A stretch of DNA of 63,850 nucleotides, filler included, from Deltaproteobacteria bacterium (GTDB lineage: Bacteria; JAUYMQ01): NCBI GenBank assembly GCA_030698575.1. It is 12 parts of 12 records of this genome, joined end to end, with 100 filler letters (N's around TTAATTAATTAA, not from the genome) between each part and the next. Parts side by side here need not be neighbours in the genome. Positions count along the whole stretch, not along the records: positions 49,798 to 52,516 come from JAUYMQ010000471.1; positions 52,617 to 56,703 come from JAUYMQ010000476.1; positions 56,804 to 63,850 come from JAUYMQ010000479.1; 9 more parts are not named here. The stretch is one strand, 5' to 3'. Made by a program: the position numbers and the translations under genes. Under the pieces are notes generated by a model that was not told the DNA's origin, did not search any database, and saw only the letters and a program-made list of their open reading frames with translations. This document shows, one piece after another, positions 50,005 through 58,860 of this stretch; position 1 is the stretch's first letter, and every line of letters starts with the position of its first letter.

Positions 50005-51198
50005 TCAGACGGCTGGCGCGACCCGTTTCGCTTGCCCTTCCCGCAACGCCACTTCGATCCGGCGGAGGAGCAGGTCCAGCCCGGTCTTCGTCAGTGCCGA
50101 GATCAGCACCGCGTCCTGGGCCCGTCCCAGGGCCGAGTCTGGGCGCCCGCCGGTCAGCGCCGACTGCACCTCGCGCAGCGGACTCCCGCTATCCAGAGGC
50201 ATGATGTCGACCTTGTTGAAGGCAACGATCTCCGGCTTCTCGGCCAGCCCCAGCTCCGCCAGCGTGCTCTCCACGGTCTGGAACTGGTCCGCGGCGTCTG
50301 GATGCGTTATGTCGACCACGTGCAGGAGGAGGTCGGCGTCGGCCAGCTCTTCCAGGGTCGCGCGGAAGGCGGCGACGAGGTGGGTCGGCAGCTTCTGGAT
50401 GAAGCCAACGGTGTCCGTGAGCAGCGCCTGTCCGCCGGACGGGAGGGCGATCCGCCGCGTCACGGGGTCGAGAGTGGCGAAGAGCAGGTCCTCGGTGAAG
50501 ACGTCGGCGCCGGAGAGGGCGCGCATGAGGGTGCTCTTGCCGGCGTTGGTGTAGCCGACGAGAGCTACGGTCCGAGCGCCCTGCCGCGCCCGGTGCTGGC
50601 GGTAGAGGGAGCGCTGCTTTCGCACGCGGTCGATCTCGCGCTTGAGACGGGTGATCCGGGCCCGGACGAGCTGGCGGTCGGTCTCGAGCTGGCTCTCGCC
50701 GGGGCCGCGCGTGCCGATGCGTCCCTCCAGCCTCTCCAGGTGGCTCCACTGGCCGGCGAGGCGAGGCAGCAGGTACTGCGACTGGGCAAGGTCGACCTGG
50801 AGTCGCGCCTCTTTCGAGTGGGCGCGGCGGGCGAAGATGTCGATTATCAGGGCCGTGCGGTCGAGAACCTTGACGCCGGTCGCCTTCTCGAGGTTGCGCT
50901 GCTGGGACGGGCTCAGCTCGTCGTCGAAGAGGACCATGGTGTAACCGGTGGCGGGCTGCTCGGCGACGACCTCCTGGAGCTTGCCCTTACCGATGTAGTG
51001 GGCCGGGTTAGGCCGATCGAGGCGCTGGTAGGTGCGCCCGACCACCTCTGCGCCGGCCGTGCGGGCGAGGAGGGCAAGCTCGTCCAGGGACGCCTGAGCG
51101 CTGAGGCCATCGTTCCGCGCCTTCGGCTCCACGGCGACGAGGTAGGCGCGCTCGGCCGGCGCCGCGGTCTCGTGAGTGGTTTGCCGGTTGCTCTTCAT
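50005..51198 (-). CDS. hflX: GTPase HflX
   Basis: GTRGPGESQLETDR, GYTNAGKSTL, LFATLDP, DTVGFI, AFRATLEE, NKVD. Confidence 0.97.
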   Translation of the reverse strand: MKSNRQTTHETAAPAERAYLVAVEPKARNDGLSAQASLDELALLARTAGAEVVGRTYQRLDRPNPAHYIGKGKLQEVVAEQPATGYTMVLFDDELSPSQQRNLEKATGVKVLDRTALIIDIFARRAHSKEARLQVDLAQSQYLLPRLAGQWSHLERLEGRIGTRGPGESQLETDRQLVRARITRLKREIDRVRKQRSLYRQHRARQGARTVALVGYTNAGKSTLMRALSGADVFTEDLLFATLDPVTRRIALPSGGQALLTDTVGFIQKLPTHLVAAFRATLEELADADLLLHVVDITHPDAADQFQTVESTLAELGLAEKPEIVAFNKVDIMPLDSGSPLREVQSALTGGRPDSALGRAQDAVLISALTKTGLDLLLRRIEVALREGQAKRVAPAV

Positions 51199-51271
51199 AC
51201 TGCCTCTTTTCCGCGCAAGCTACGAAGACATCCTACGCAAAGTGGAGAGGCGAAGTGGGCTTGGGGAGCGT

Positions 51272-51571
51272 CTACAGAAACAAGCCCGGCTGAGGTCCGC
51301 GGTACCGGGGGGATTCCGGACTCCAATAGACGTTAGCCACCTCGACAACCTCCCGGTTTATCAGGCGATAGGCGATCCAGAACGACCCCGTCCATGTGCC
51401 AATGAGACCGGCCGGGAATGGAGGCCCGAGTGTTACCCTCTGTTCGTCGTCCGGCTCAGGGTCTCTGAGAAGCTCCTTCATGACGTCTTTCCACTCGGCC
51501 CTCAGTTCGGGTTCCAGAGTTTCTACAAAGGCTCTCGCTGATGGCGAACTGAAGTACCAATCGCTCGCCAT
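51272..51571 (-). CDS. Divergent RelE/ParE-like toxin candidate
   Basis: 99 aa; SPSARAFVETL...KELLRDP...FWIAYRL....VEVANV fits the RelE/ParE secondary-structure pattern. Confidence 0.55.
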   Translation of the reverse strand: MASDWYFSSPSARAFVETLEPELRAEWKDVMKELLRDPEPDDEQRVTLGPPFPAGLIGTWTGSFWIAYRLINREVVEVANVYWSPESPRYRGPQPGLFL

Positions 51572-51577
51572 GCGATG

Positions 51578-51805
51578 CTAATCGTCAAGATCCACTTTCA
51601 GCCGCCGGCCTGCGTCGAGTTCAGCGACTCCAAGCAACGTCCGCGCCACGAACTCCTGGTTCTCGGCCATCGCTTTCCTGAGCTTCTCGCCGCTCAGACG
51701 AGCGGGTTTCATGTTCGGTCCGGTCCGGGTGACGAGGGATTCAGAGGATAAGATAGTCCCCGCAGGTTCGGAAACCTTCCCCACGATGGTCGTCGGGTTC
51801 ACCAT
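51578..51805 (-). CDS. Small antitoxin-like protein
   Basis: 75 aa; C-terminal ENQEFVARTLLGVAELDAGR resembles the 'F...I..G.AE..AGR' neutralising helix of Phd/RelB-type antitoxins; ATG overlaps the upstream stop. Confidence 0.55.
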   Translation of the reverse strand: MVNPTTIVGKVSEPAGTILSSESLVTRTGPNMKPARLSGEKLRKAMAENQEFVARTLLGVAELDAGRRLKVDLDD

Positions 51806-52104
51806 AGCGGCTGCTCCTCATCAAGCTGGAGTTCTCGCATGACCTCGGGTGGGATGCTAATGCTCACACCGGTTCGTTTCACGTGTTCCCTCAGTGCCCG
51901 ACGAGCCACCATCAGCATGACCATCGCGTGCTCAAGGCTCATGATCACGCGAGCCTGTGATACCAGACTCTCCCCTGTACGAATCCCGTAGGTGAATGCC
52001 ACATCGAACGGCGTGATGGTCAGGGCCATAGCGTTCGCGTAATAGCTCGGAACATTCTCCGATACCAAAGCCTTGGTCTGTTCTCTGCTCTTCTCGTCGG
52101 ACAA
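51799..52104 (-). CDS. DUF3467-like protein
   Basis: YYANAM......FDVAFTYG...ARVIMSLEHA...L......E.....G.I pattern; GAGGAG RBS before TTG. Confidence 0.65.
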   Translation of the reverse strand: MSDEKSREQTKALVSENVPSYYANAMALTITPFDVAFTYGIRTGESLVSQARVIMSLEHAMVMLMVARRALREHVKRTGVSISIPPEVMRELQLDEEQPLW

Positions 52105-52252
52105 GGACTCATTCTCCTCTACAGCGTCTCTGCCTTATCGGCGGATTCTGATCATACAATATCCCTAGCACTCCAGATCCGTTGGGGCTTCCTCTCATCG
52201 ACCGGCCTGGCCGATGGCGACCGCTGGTCCGTCAGACGGGGGAATGCGGCGG

Positions 52253-52516
52253 CTACTTCGCCGTCGGGCGCCAGTCGCGCAGGCGGCGAAGCCCCTCTTC
52301 CAGCTGGTCGTCGGGGATAGTCAGGGACAGGCGCACGAACCCTTCGCCGTGGGCGCCGTAGCCCGTCCCGGGAGTCACGACGACGCCAATGTCGTCGATC
52401 AGGCGGGCGGCGAAATCGGCCGAGGTCAGGCCATCCGGGACGCGGGCCCAGACGTAGAGGCTGGCCCGGGGCGGCTGGACTCGCATGCCGATGGCCCGCA
52501 GCGCCTCGACGAGCCG
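52253..52516 (-). CDS. dapL: LL-diaminopimelate aminotransferase-like, C-terminal part (5' truncated)
   Basis: PRASLYVWARVP, GVVVTPGTGYGAHGEGFVRLSLT; sits upstream of hflX. Confidence 0.75.
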   Translation of the reverse strand, partial: RLVEALRAIGMRVQPPRASLYVWARVPDGLTSADFAARLIDDIGVVVTPGTGYGAHGEGFVRLSLTIPDDQLEEGLRRLRDWRPTAK

Positions 52517-52616
52517 NNNNNNNNNNNNNNNNNNNNNNNNNNNNNNNNNNNNNNNNNNNNTTAATTAATTAANNNNNNNNNNNNNNNNNNNNNNNNNNNN
52601 NNNNNNNNNNNNNNNN

Positions 52617-53608
52617 CCGCAGACTTGGCCGTCAACGGCCTCGTCGAGGCAATGGCCCACGGGCGCCGCATCTGGTATATCTACCGCCGCCTGCGCCAGG
52701 CCCTGGCCGAGCGCCGCCCCGCCCTGGTGGTCCTGATCGACTTTCCCGACTTCAACATGTTTTTCGCGAGGAGGGTCAACCGGCTCGGCATTCCGTTGCT
52801 CTGGTACGTGAGCCCGCAGGTGTGGGCCTGGCGGCGCTATCGCCTGCGCAAGCTTGCGCGGCGCGTGACGAGGATGATGGTGGTGTTCCCCTTCGAGGTG
52901 CCGCTCTACGAGGGCCGGGGCGTGGCGGTGGACTTCGTGGGCCACCCGCTGGTCGATCTGGCCCGGCCGAGGCTTCCCCGCGAGGAGACCATGCGCAAGC
53001 TCGATCTCGATCCGGCCCGCCCGCTGGTGGCGCTACTGCCCGGAAGCCGGCGCTCCGAACTCACGCGGATCTACCCGACGCTGATCGAAGCGGCGGCGCG
53101 CATGGCCGAAACGCGCCCGGACATCCAGTTCGCCACGCCGGTGGCCTCGACACTGGGCATGGAGGCGGTGGCGGCCTACACGAAAGAGGGGAATGTGCGC
53201 GTGGCGCTCGGGGAGGATCTTGCCTACGACATCATGGCGGCGGCCGACGCGGCGGCGGTAGCCGCCGGCACGGCCACGCTCGAGTGCGCGCTCGTGGGGG
53301 TTCCGATGGTCATGGTCTACCGGCTGAGCGCCGTCACGTATCTCTTCCGGCCCGTAATCGATCTCGAGCACTTCTGCCTGGTCAACGTCGTCGCGGGGCG
53401 CCCGATCGTCCCCGAGCTCATCCAGAACGACTGCACGCCCGAGCGTGTCGCGGAGCAGACGCTCGCGCTCCTCGGTCCGGAAGGCAAGAAGCAGCGGGAA
53501 GCCTTCGGGGAGGTCAGAGCCAGGCTGGGGGCGGGCGGAGCGAATGTGCGCGCGGCGAACGTTCTGCTGGGCATGCTCGACCGCGCGGGGGAGGCGACCG
53601 CGGCATGA
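52617..53608 (+). CDS. lpxB: Lipid-A-disaccharide synthase (5' truncated)
   Basis: LIDFPDFN, YVSPQVWAWR, FVGHPL, LLPGSRRSE, GTATLE, PELIQ. Confidence 0.96.
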
Positions 53609-55419
53609 ACGTCTATCTCCGCCTCCTCGCTTACCTGCGCCCCTACTGGGTGGCGGTCGCCGGCGCCATGTTCTGCATGATCGTCTACTCGTTGACGCAG
53701 GGAGCCGGGGTGTTCCTCGTCGGCCCGGCGGTGGCTTATCTCTTCGATCCGGAGAGCTTCGACGCCGCGACGGCGAGCCTCGGGAAGTGGAACATCTTCA
53801 AGCAGGTCATGGGGATGTGGGGGGTCAGCTTCTTCCCCGTGCTCGTCGCCGCGATCATCATCATCTTCACGGTCAAGGGCGTCGCCGATTTCGGCCAGGC
53901 CTATCTCATGGGAGGCGCGGCGCAGCGGGTGCTGCGCGACGTGCGGAATCGCCTGTTCGCTCATCTTGAATCGCTCCCCATCCGTTTCTACACGCACAAG
54001 AGCACGGGCGAGCTCATGTCGCGGATCACCAACGACGTTGCGCTGCTCCAGGGCGCAGTGAGCGACGCCGTCGCGGCGATTCTCCGGGATGCGAGCGCCA
54101 CGGCCGTCCTGGTTGCGCTGGCGTTCGCCATGGACGTCAAGATGGCGCTCATCGCCTGCGTGGTCTTCCCCGTCGCGGTCATCCCCATCGTGCGGCTGGG
54201 TAAACGGCTCAGGCGGGCCAGCCGGCGCAAGCTGGTGTCGACGGCGAAGCTTTCCACGCTCATCCACGAGATGGTGCGCGGCATCCGCATCGTGAAGGGC
54301 TTCGCCATGGAGAAGTGGGAGGCCCGGAAGTTCGAGGGGGAGAACAACGGGCTGTACCGCACGAACCTGAGAGCCATCCTCCTGAAGGCCGCGGTGACGC
54401 CGCTCAACGAGTTCCTGGCGGCCGTCGGCTTCGCGGTGACGCTCTGGTACGGGCAGCGGCGCATCGCGGCTGGCACGCTTCTCCCCCACGAGTTCATCAC
54501 CTTCTTCGTGGCGCTCGGCTCCCTCTATCCCTATCTGAAGAAACTTGCCTCGATCAACAACGTTGTCCAGGAAGGGATCGCCGGCGCGACGCGCGTATTC
54601 GAGATCCTCGATGAGCGGCCGGAGCCCCCCGACTCGCCGGACGCCGTTCCGCTGAAGGTCGTGCGCGAGGGCGTCTCCTTCGAGGACGTGTACTTCAAGT
54701 ACGAGGACGAGATGGTGCTGAAGGGCATCAACTTCAGGGTCGGCGTCGGCGAGATCGTCGCCCTCGTGGGCGCCAGCGGCGGCGGAAAGACGACGATCGC
54801 CAATCTCATCCCGCGATTTTATGCGCCCACCTCCGGACAGGTGACGATCGACGGGCAGGATCTCTCAAGCTTCACGGTGGGGTCGCTGCGCCGCCAGGTC
54901 GGGATTGTCACGCAGCAGACCATCCTCTTCAACGACACGGTCGCGAACAACATCGCCTACGGTGAGGCCAAGCCTACCCGGGCCGAGATCGAGGCTGCGG
55001 CGCGCGCTGCCCACGCGCACGACTTTATCGAGCGCATGCCCGACGGCTACAACAGCGTCGTGGGGGAGGGGGGCGTATGGCTTTCGGGAGGTGAGGCGCA
55101 GCGGCTGTCGGTCGCACGGGCGATCCTGAAGGACGCGCCCATTCTCATACTTGACGAGGCCACCAGCTCCCTCGACGCAGACAGCGAGGCGGCGGTCCAG
55201 AAGGCCCTCGACAACCTTCTCACCAACCGCACGACTCTCGTCATCGCGCATCGGCTGTCCACCATCCGGCACGCCAGCCGCATCCTCGTCATTCTTAGCG
55301 GCGAGATCGTGGAGGAGGGGACGCACGAGGAACTGCTCGAGCACGGCACCGAGTACAAGCGGCTCTACGAGAAGCAGTTCCGGGTCGACGAGATACCTGA
55401 GCACGCCCCTCTTCACTAG
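53605..55419 (+). CDS. msbA: MsbA-like lipid A ABC exporter
   Basis: TMD + NBD (GASGGGKTT, LSGGEAQR, ILDEATSSLD, IAHRLST); lies between lpxB and waaA. Confidence 0.9.
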   Translation: MNVYLRLLAYLRPYWVAVAGAMFCMIVYSLTQGAGVFLVGPAVAYLFDPESFDAATASLGKWNIFKQVMGMWGVSFFPVLVAAIIIIFTVKGVADFGQAYLMGGAAQRVLRDVRNRLFAHLESLPIRFYTHKSTGELMSRITNDVALLQGAVSDAVAAILRDASATAVLVALAFAMDVKMALIACVVFPVAVIPIVRLGKRLRRASRRKLVSTAKLSTLIHEMVRGIRIVKGFAMEKWEARKFEGENNGLYRTNLRAILLKAAVTPLNEFLAAVGFAVTLWYGQRRIAAGTLLPHEFITFFVALGSLYPYLKKLASINNVVQEGIAGATRVFEILDERPEPPDSPDAVPLKVVREGVSFEDVYFKYEDEMVLKGINFRVGVGEIVALVGASGGGKTTIANLIPRFYAPTSGQVTIDGQDLSSFTVGSLRRQVGIVTQQTILFNDTVANNIAYGEAKPTRAEIEAAARAAHAHDFIERMPDGYNSVVGEGGVWLSGGEAQRLSVARAILKDAPILILDEATSSLDADSEAAVQKALDNLLTNRTTLVIAHRLSTIRHASRILVILSGEIVEEGTHEELLEHGTEYKRLYEKQFRVDEIPEHAPLH

Positions 55420-55503
55420 AAAAGGGGGACAGTCCCACTTATTTCCGAAGAAAGCGTCAATCTCGATGAAAGCGGAGAATAAGTGGGACAGTCCCCCTTT
55501 TCT
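55418..55503. repeat. GGGAC(A/T)GTCCC-type palindromic REP/MITE-like element
   Basis: 26-bp IR (1 mismatch) AGAAAAGGGGGACAGTCCCACTTATT / AATAAGTGGGACAGTCCCCCTTTTCT. Confidence 0.88.
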
Positions 55504-55513
55504 CGGAGCGCGT

Positions 55514-56703
55514 GTGGGCCTCATCCGCATTCCATACAATCTGGCAGTCGCCGCGGCGGCGGGCCCCGTCCTTCTCTGGAAGAGTCTGCGTGATCGCTCC
55601 TTCGCCGCGACGATTCCGGATCGCCTGGGGCGGCTGCCCGCGGCGCCGCGCGGCGCCCCGGTCTGGATCCACGCAGCAAGCGTCGGCGAGGTGCGTTCCG
55701 CCGCGCGGCTGGTGGAGCGAATCGATGATCCGCTGTTCATGACGGCGATGACGCCAACCGGCCTTGCGCTGGCGCGGCGGCTTTTTCCGGAAGCCACGAC
55801 AATGGCGGCGCCGCTGGACCTCGCGCCGCTCACCGCGCGTGCCATGCGCCGCGTGGCGCCGCGGGCGCTCGTTCTCGTCGAGACCGAGATCTGGCCCGAG
55901 CTGGTTCTGGCGGCCGCGCGGCAGGGCGTGGCGGTCGCCCTGGTTTCCGCCCGCATCTCCGATCGCACCGCAGCCGCTTACCGGCGGGCGCGTGCGCTAT
56001 TCGGGCCCGCGCTGCGCGCGATGACGGTTATCGGCGCGCAGAGCGAGGCGGACCGCGACCGGCTCGTCGCGGCGGGCGCTGATCCAGGCGGGATCGAAGT
56101 GACCGGGAACCTGAAGTTCGATTTTCCGCCGCCCGATGCGGCGGCGGCGCCCATCGACGCGCTCTTCGGAAGCGCGGGGCCGCTGTTCGTCGCGGGAAGC
56201 ACGCACCCCGGCGAAGAGCTGGCGGCTTTGCGCGCCTGGCGCGCCGCCCGCCCGGCAGCGCCCGGGCTGCGGCTCGTGATCGCGCCGCGGCACCTCGAGA
56301 GACTCGCCGAGGTCGACGAGCTGCTCGCGCGCGAGGGGGCCAGGGCGGTGCGCCGCTCGCGCCTCCAGGCGTCGCCCGGCCAGGACTACGAGGTGGTGCT
56401 CCTCGATACGATGGGTGAGCTCGACGCGCTTTACAGGCATGCCCGCGTGGCCTTCGTCGGCGGCTCGCTCGCGCCCGTTGGCGGGCACAACGTGCTCGAG
56501 CCCGCCCGGCACGGGAAGCCGGTTCTCTTCGGCCCGCATACGCAGAACTTCCGGCTCGAGGCCGAGTGCCTTCTGAACGCGGGCGCGGCCCGGCGCGTCG
56601 GCGACGCAGCCGGGCTGGGCGAGGCTCTTGCCGAGCTTCTGGCCGATCCGGCGCGATCCGAAGCCATGGGCCGGGCCGGACGCGATGCCATCAATCGGAG
56701 CCA
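55514..56703 (+). CDS. waaA: Kdo transferase (3' truncated)
   Basis: WIHAASVGE, ETEIWP, TGNLKFD, GSTHPGEE, APRH, DTMGEL, GGHNVLEP. Confidence 0.96.
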
Positions 56704-56803
56704 NNNNNNNNNNNNNNNNNNNNNNNNNNNNNNNNNNNNNNNNNNNNTTAATTAATTAANNNNNNNNNNNNNNNNNNNNNNNNNNNNNNNNNNNNNNNNN
56801 NNN

Positions 56804-56886
56804 GCGGCGGCTGAAAGGCACAACGAAACAGCCGCCACGGAAGCCGCGACCACGCGCGACGGTCGGAAGACAGAGCTAAGAAACAT
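56804..56886 (-). CDS. Exported protein, signal peptide only (3' truncated)
   Basis: GAAGGAG RBS; MFLSSVFRPSRVVAASVAAVSLCLSAA. Confidence 0.55.
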
Positions 56887-57215
56887 AGAATGGCTCCTTC
56901 GTGATTGATCTGATGTCGCGATACGCTCCCCAGCGTGCCGCCCCCAGGTCTTCCGCGGCGATACGAAGACCGAGGTTGCCGGACGGCCGCGCATCGGTTC
57001 ACTTCCACCTCCCCGGAAAGGCACCTCTCGCTGCGGCGGCAGGTCGAAACGCGCCTTCTCAGGACCCGGCCGGGCCCGTAAAAGGCCCTACGGCCTTGCC
57101 GTGGCAGACCGTTCGCCAGGCACCGATAGATACAGGAGTAACGTCTTTCGATTTTCTATCTTATCGATCAGGAAAACTTGAGAAGGCCCGCTCGAGCACA
57201 AAGTTACTTGAGGGG

Positions 57216-57593
57216 TCAGGCGGAAGGAGGCGCGCGAACCCCGTCGCCCGGCGTCATCCTCCAGGTCTTTATGCTTTCGAGCGAGGAAAACCCGGTGGCG
57301 CCGCCGCAACGGGGAAGTTCGACCTGGCTCGAGACAACAGGCCCGGCCAGATCAACGTGGGCGGAAAAACGGGCGTGGAATGGGAAGTTTCCGTGCAACT
57401 GCGGGTGGTCATCATCTTCCGAATGGATGAACTCAGGCTCACCGAGCACGGCCGCGACATGGGCTGTGGCTTCGCCTGCGTGAGCCGCCGAATGGAGTAG
57501 GGTCCGGCCGGCTGGAAGCAGGCCCATGGTGAACGCGAAAGACACCAGCAGCGCCCGTGCAAGCCAGTGCGTCATCGCGGCGTGTCGCATCAT
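57216..57593 (-). CDS. His-rich putative arrest-peptide ORF ending in RAPP (DUF2946-like architecture)
   Basis: N-terminal hydrophobic segment, central His/Asp cluster (HSAAH, HSEDDDHPQLH), C-terminus GVRAPPSA*. Confidence 0.6.
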   Translation of the reverse strand: MMRHAAMTHWLARALLVSFAFTMGLLPAGRTLLHSAAHAGEATAHVAAVLGEPEFIHSEDDDHPQLHGNFPFHARFSAHVDLAGPVVSSQVELPRCGGATGFSSLESIKTWRMTPGDGVRAPPSA

Positions 57594-57685
57594 GGCGCGG
57601 AAAGTACCCTGCCGCCTGAAGGAAGTCAAGAATCGGACTCCCCGACTCCTTGGGCTTGGAGCTCCTGCCGCCGGGGAAACCCGGC

Positions 57686-58334
57686 ATGACTCGCGCGAAC
57701 CTCGCGCGGCTGGCAGGGGCGGTGCTCCTGGGGGGCATCGCCGGCCCGGTCCTCCTTCTCTTTGGGCTCAGCCTGACGCTGGCCGGGTCTGATGGCGGCC
57801 CTGCTCGTGACGGGCGCGTGTATCTGCTGGGGTCTGGACAATCACCTGACGGCGATGATCGATAGAATTACGCCTGTTCGAAGCACTTTCTGGAAGGGTA
57901 TGGTCGCGGGAGCCGTGAATCTCATGATCGGCACAGCCGTCGGCCCTCTCGACGCGTCGCCGCCGACGCTGGCCGCAGCCGTGGCGGTCGGTGCGCTCTC
58001 CTAATGGTGCAAGCATCGCGCTTTACATAACATCGGCGCAGCGCTTTCCTTCACCCTGCTCGGCGAGCCCCTGAGCGATTATCATTTAGCCGCGGGTGCG
58101 ATGCTCGCGATCTCTACGAGCCTGATATTTCTCAGCAAGCACGAGCACCATCATGTGCACGAGGCGACGGAACATATCCATGCTCACCGCCAGGACGACG
58201 GCCATCATTTCCACGAGCATCGCGGGCTGCCCGCCCAGACGCAACGCACGCATTGGCATCGCCACGAAAGCCTCTCACACGCCCATCCACACTGGTCCGA
58301 TCTACATCACCGCCACGATTATTCTGACATTTGA
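57686..58334 (+). pseudogene. DMT/EamA transporter with His-rich tail, fragmented
   Basis: Pieces GGIAGPVLLLFGL / ACICWGLDNHLT..KGMVAG / HEHHHVHE...H.HPHWSDLHHRH in different frames, with TAA at 58002-58004 and apparent deletions. Confidence 0.8.
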
Positions 58335-58374
58335 GAGTTCTGCGGCCATCAAGTGCATCCTGCTTCATGCAAAC

Positions 58375-58671
58375 CGCTGCAGCGCCGAGGAGATTCGCCG
58401 CTACCGCGGGCGGATCAGCGGGCCTCTGCTGGATCGAATCGACCTCCACGTGGAGATGAGCGCGGTGCCCTGGAAGGAGCTGACGGCCGATCGCGCGGGA
58501 GAGCTCTCAGAGGTTGTTCAAGTTCGCATCGAGGCGGCGCGCGAAACGCAGCGCGCGCGCTTCGCGGGGCGGGCGTTCGCGTTCAACGCGGCGATGACGA
58601 CGCGCGAGGTGAAGCGCCACTGCCATCCGCAGCCCGACGCCATGGTGCTGCTGGAGCGGGCGGTGGCCTAG
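58375..58671 (+). pseudogene. comM: YifB/ComM Mg-chelatase-like ATPase internal fragment
   Basis: CSAEEIRRYRGRISGPLLDRIDLHVE...RIEAARETQRARF...NAAM; lacks the N-terminal domains and Walker A and stops early. Confidence 0.8.
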
Positions 58672-58685
58672 CCGGAGCCACCGGC

Positions 58686-58720
58686 AACAAGTCAAATAAG
58701 TCAAGCCTGACCCCACTACT
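58686..58720. repeat. Half palindromic element (AAGTCAAGCCTGACCCC type)
   Basis: AACAAGTCA AATAAGTCAAGCCTGACCCCACTA shares the CTGACCCCACTA end with R1. Confidence 0.5.
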
Positions 58721-58860
58721 TGAATTTCGATCGGCCCTTGTGAGAGGGTAGGGAAATCGCAACAGGCGCCGCCGTCTGGCGGCGTGCGCGGGGGCGCCCC
58801 CGAGGCGCCCGAAGAAAGGGGGTTGGGGGGCCCTCCGCCGAAGCAAATGAGGCGCCGACC

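Noticed and set aside
56900-57130. Cobalamin, TPP, Moco or lysine riboswitch
   Set aside because: Only isolated words match (GACCTGCC, CTGAGA, AGAGGTGC); required cores are missing or on the wrong strand; kept only as an unnamed structured leader
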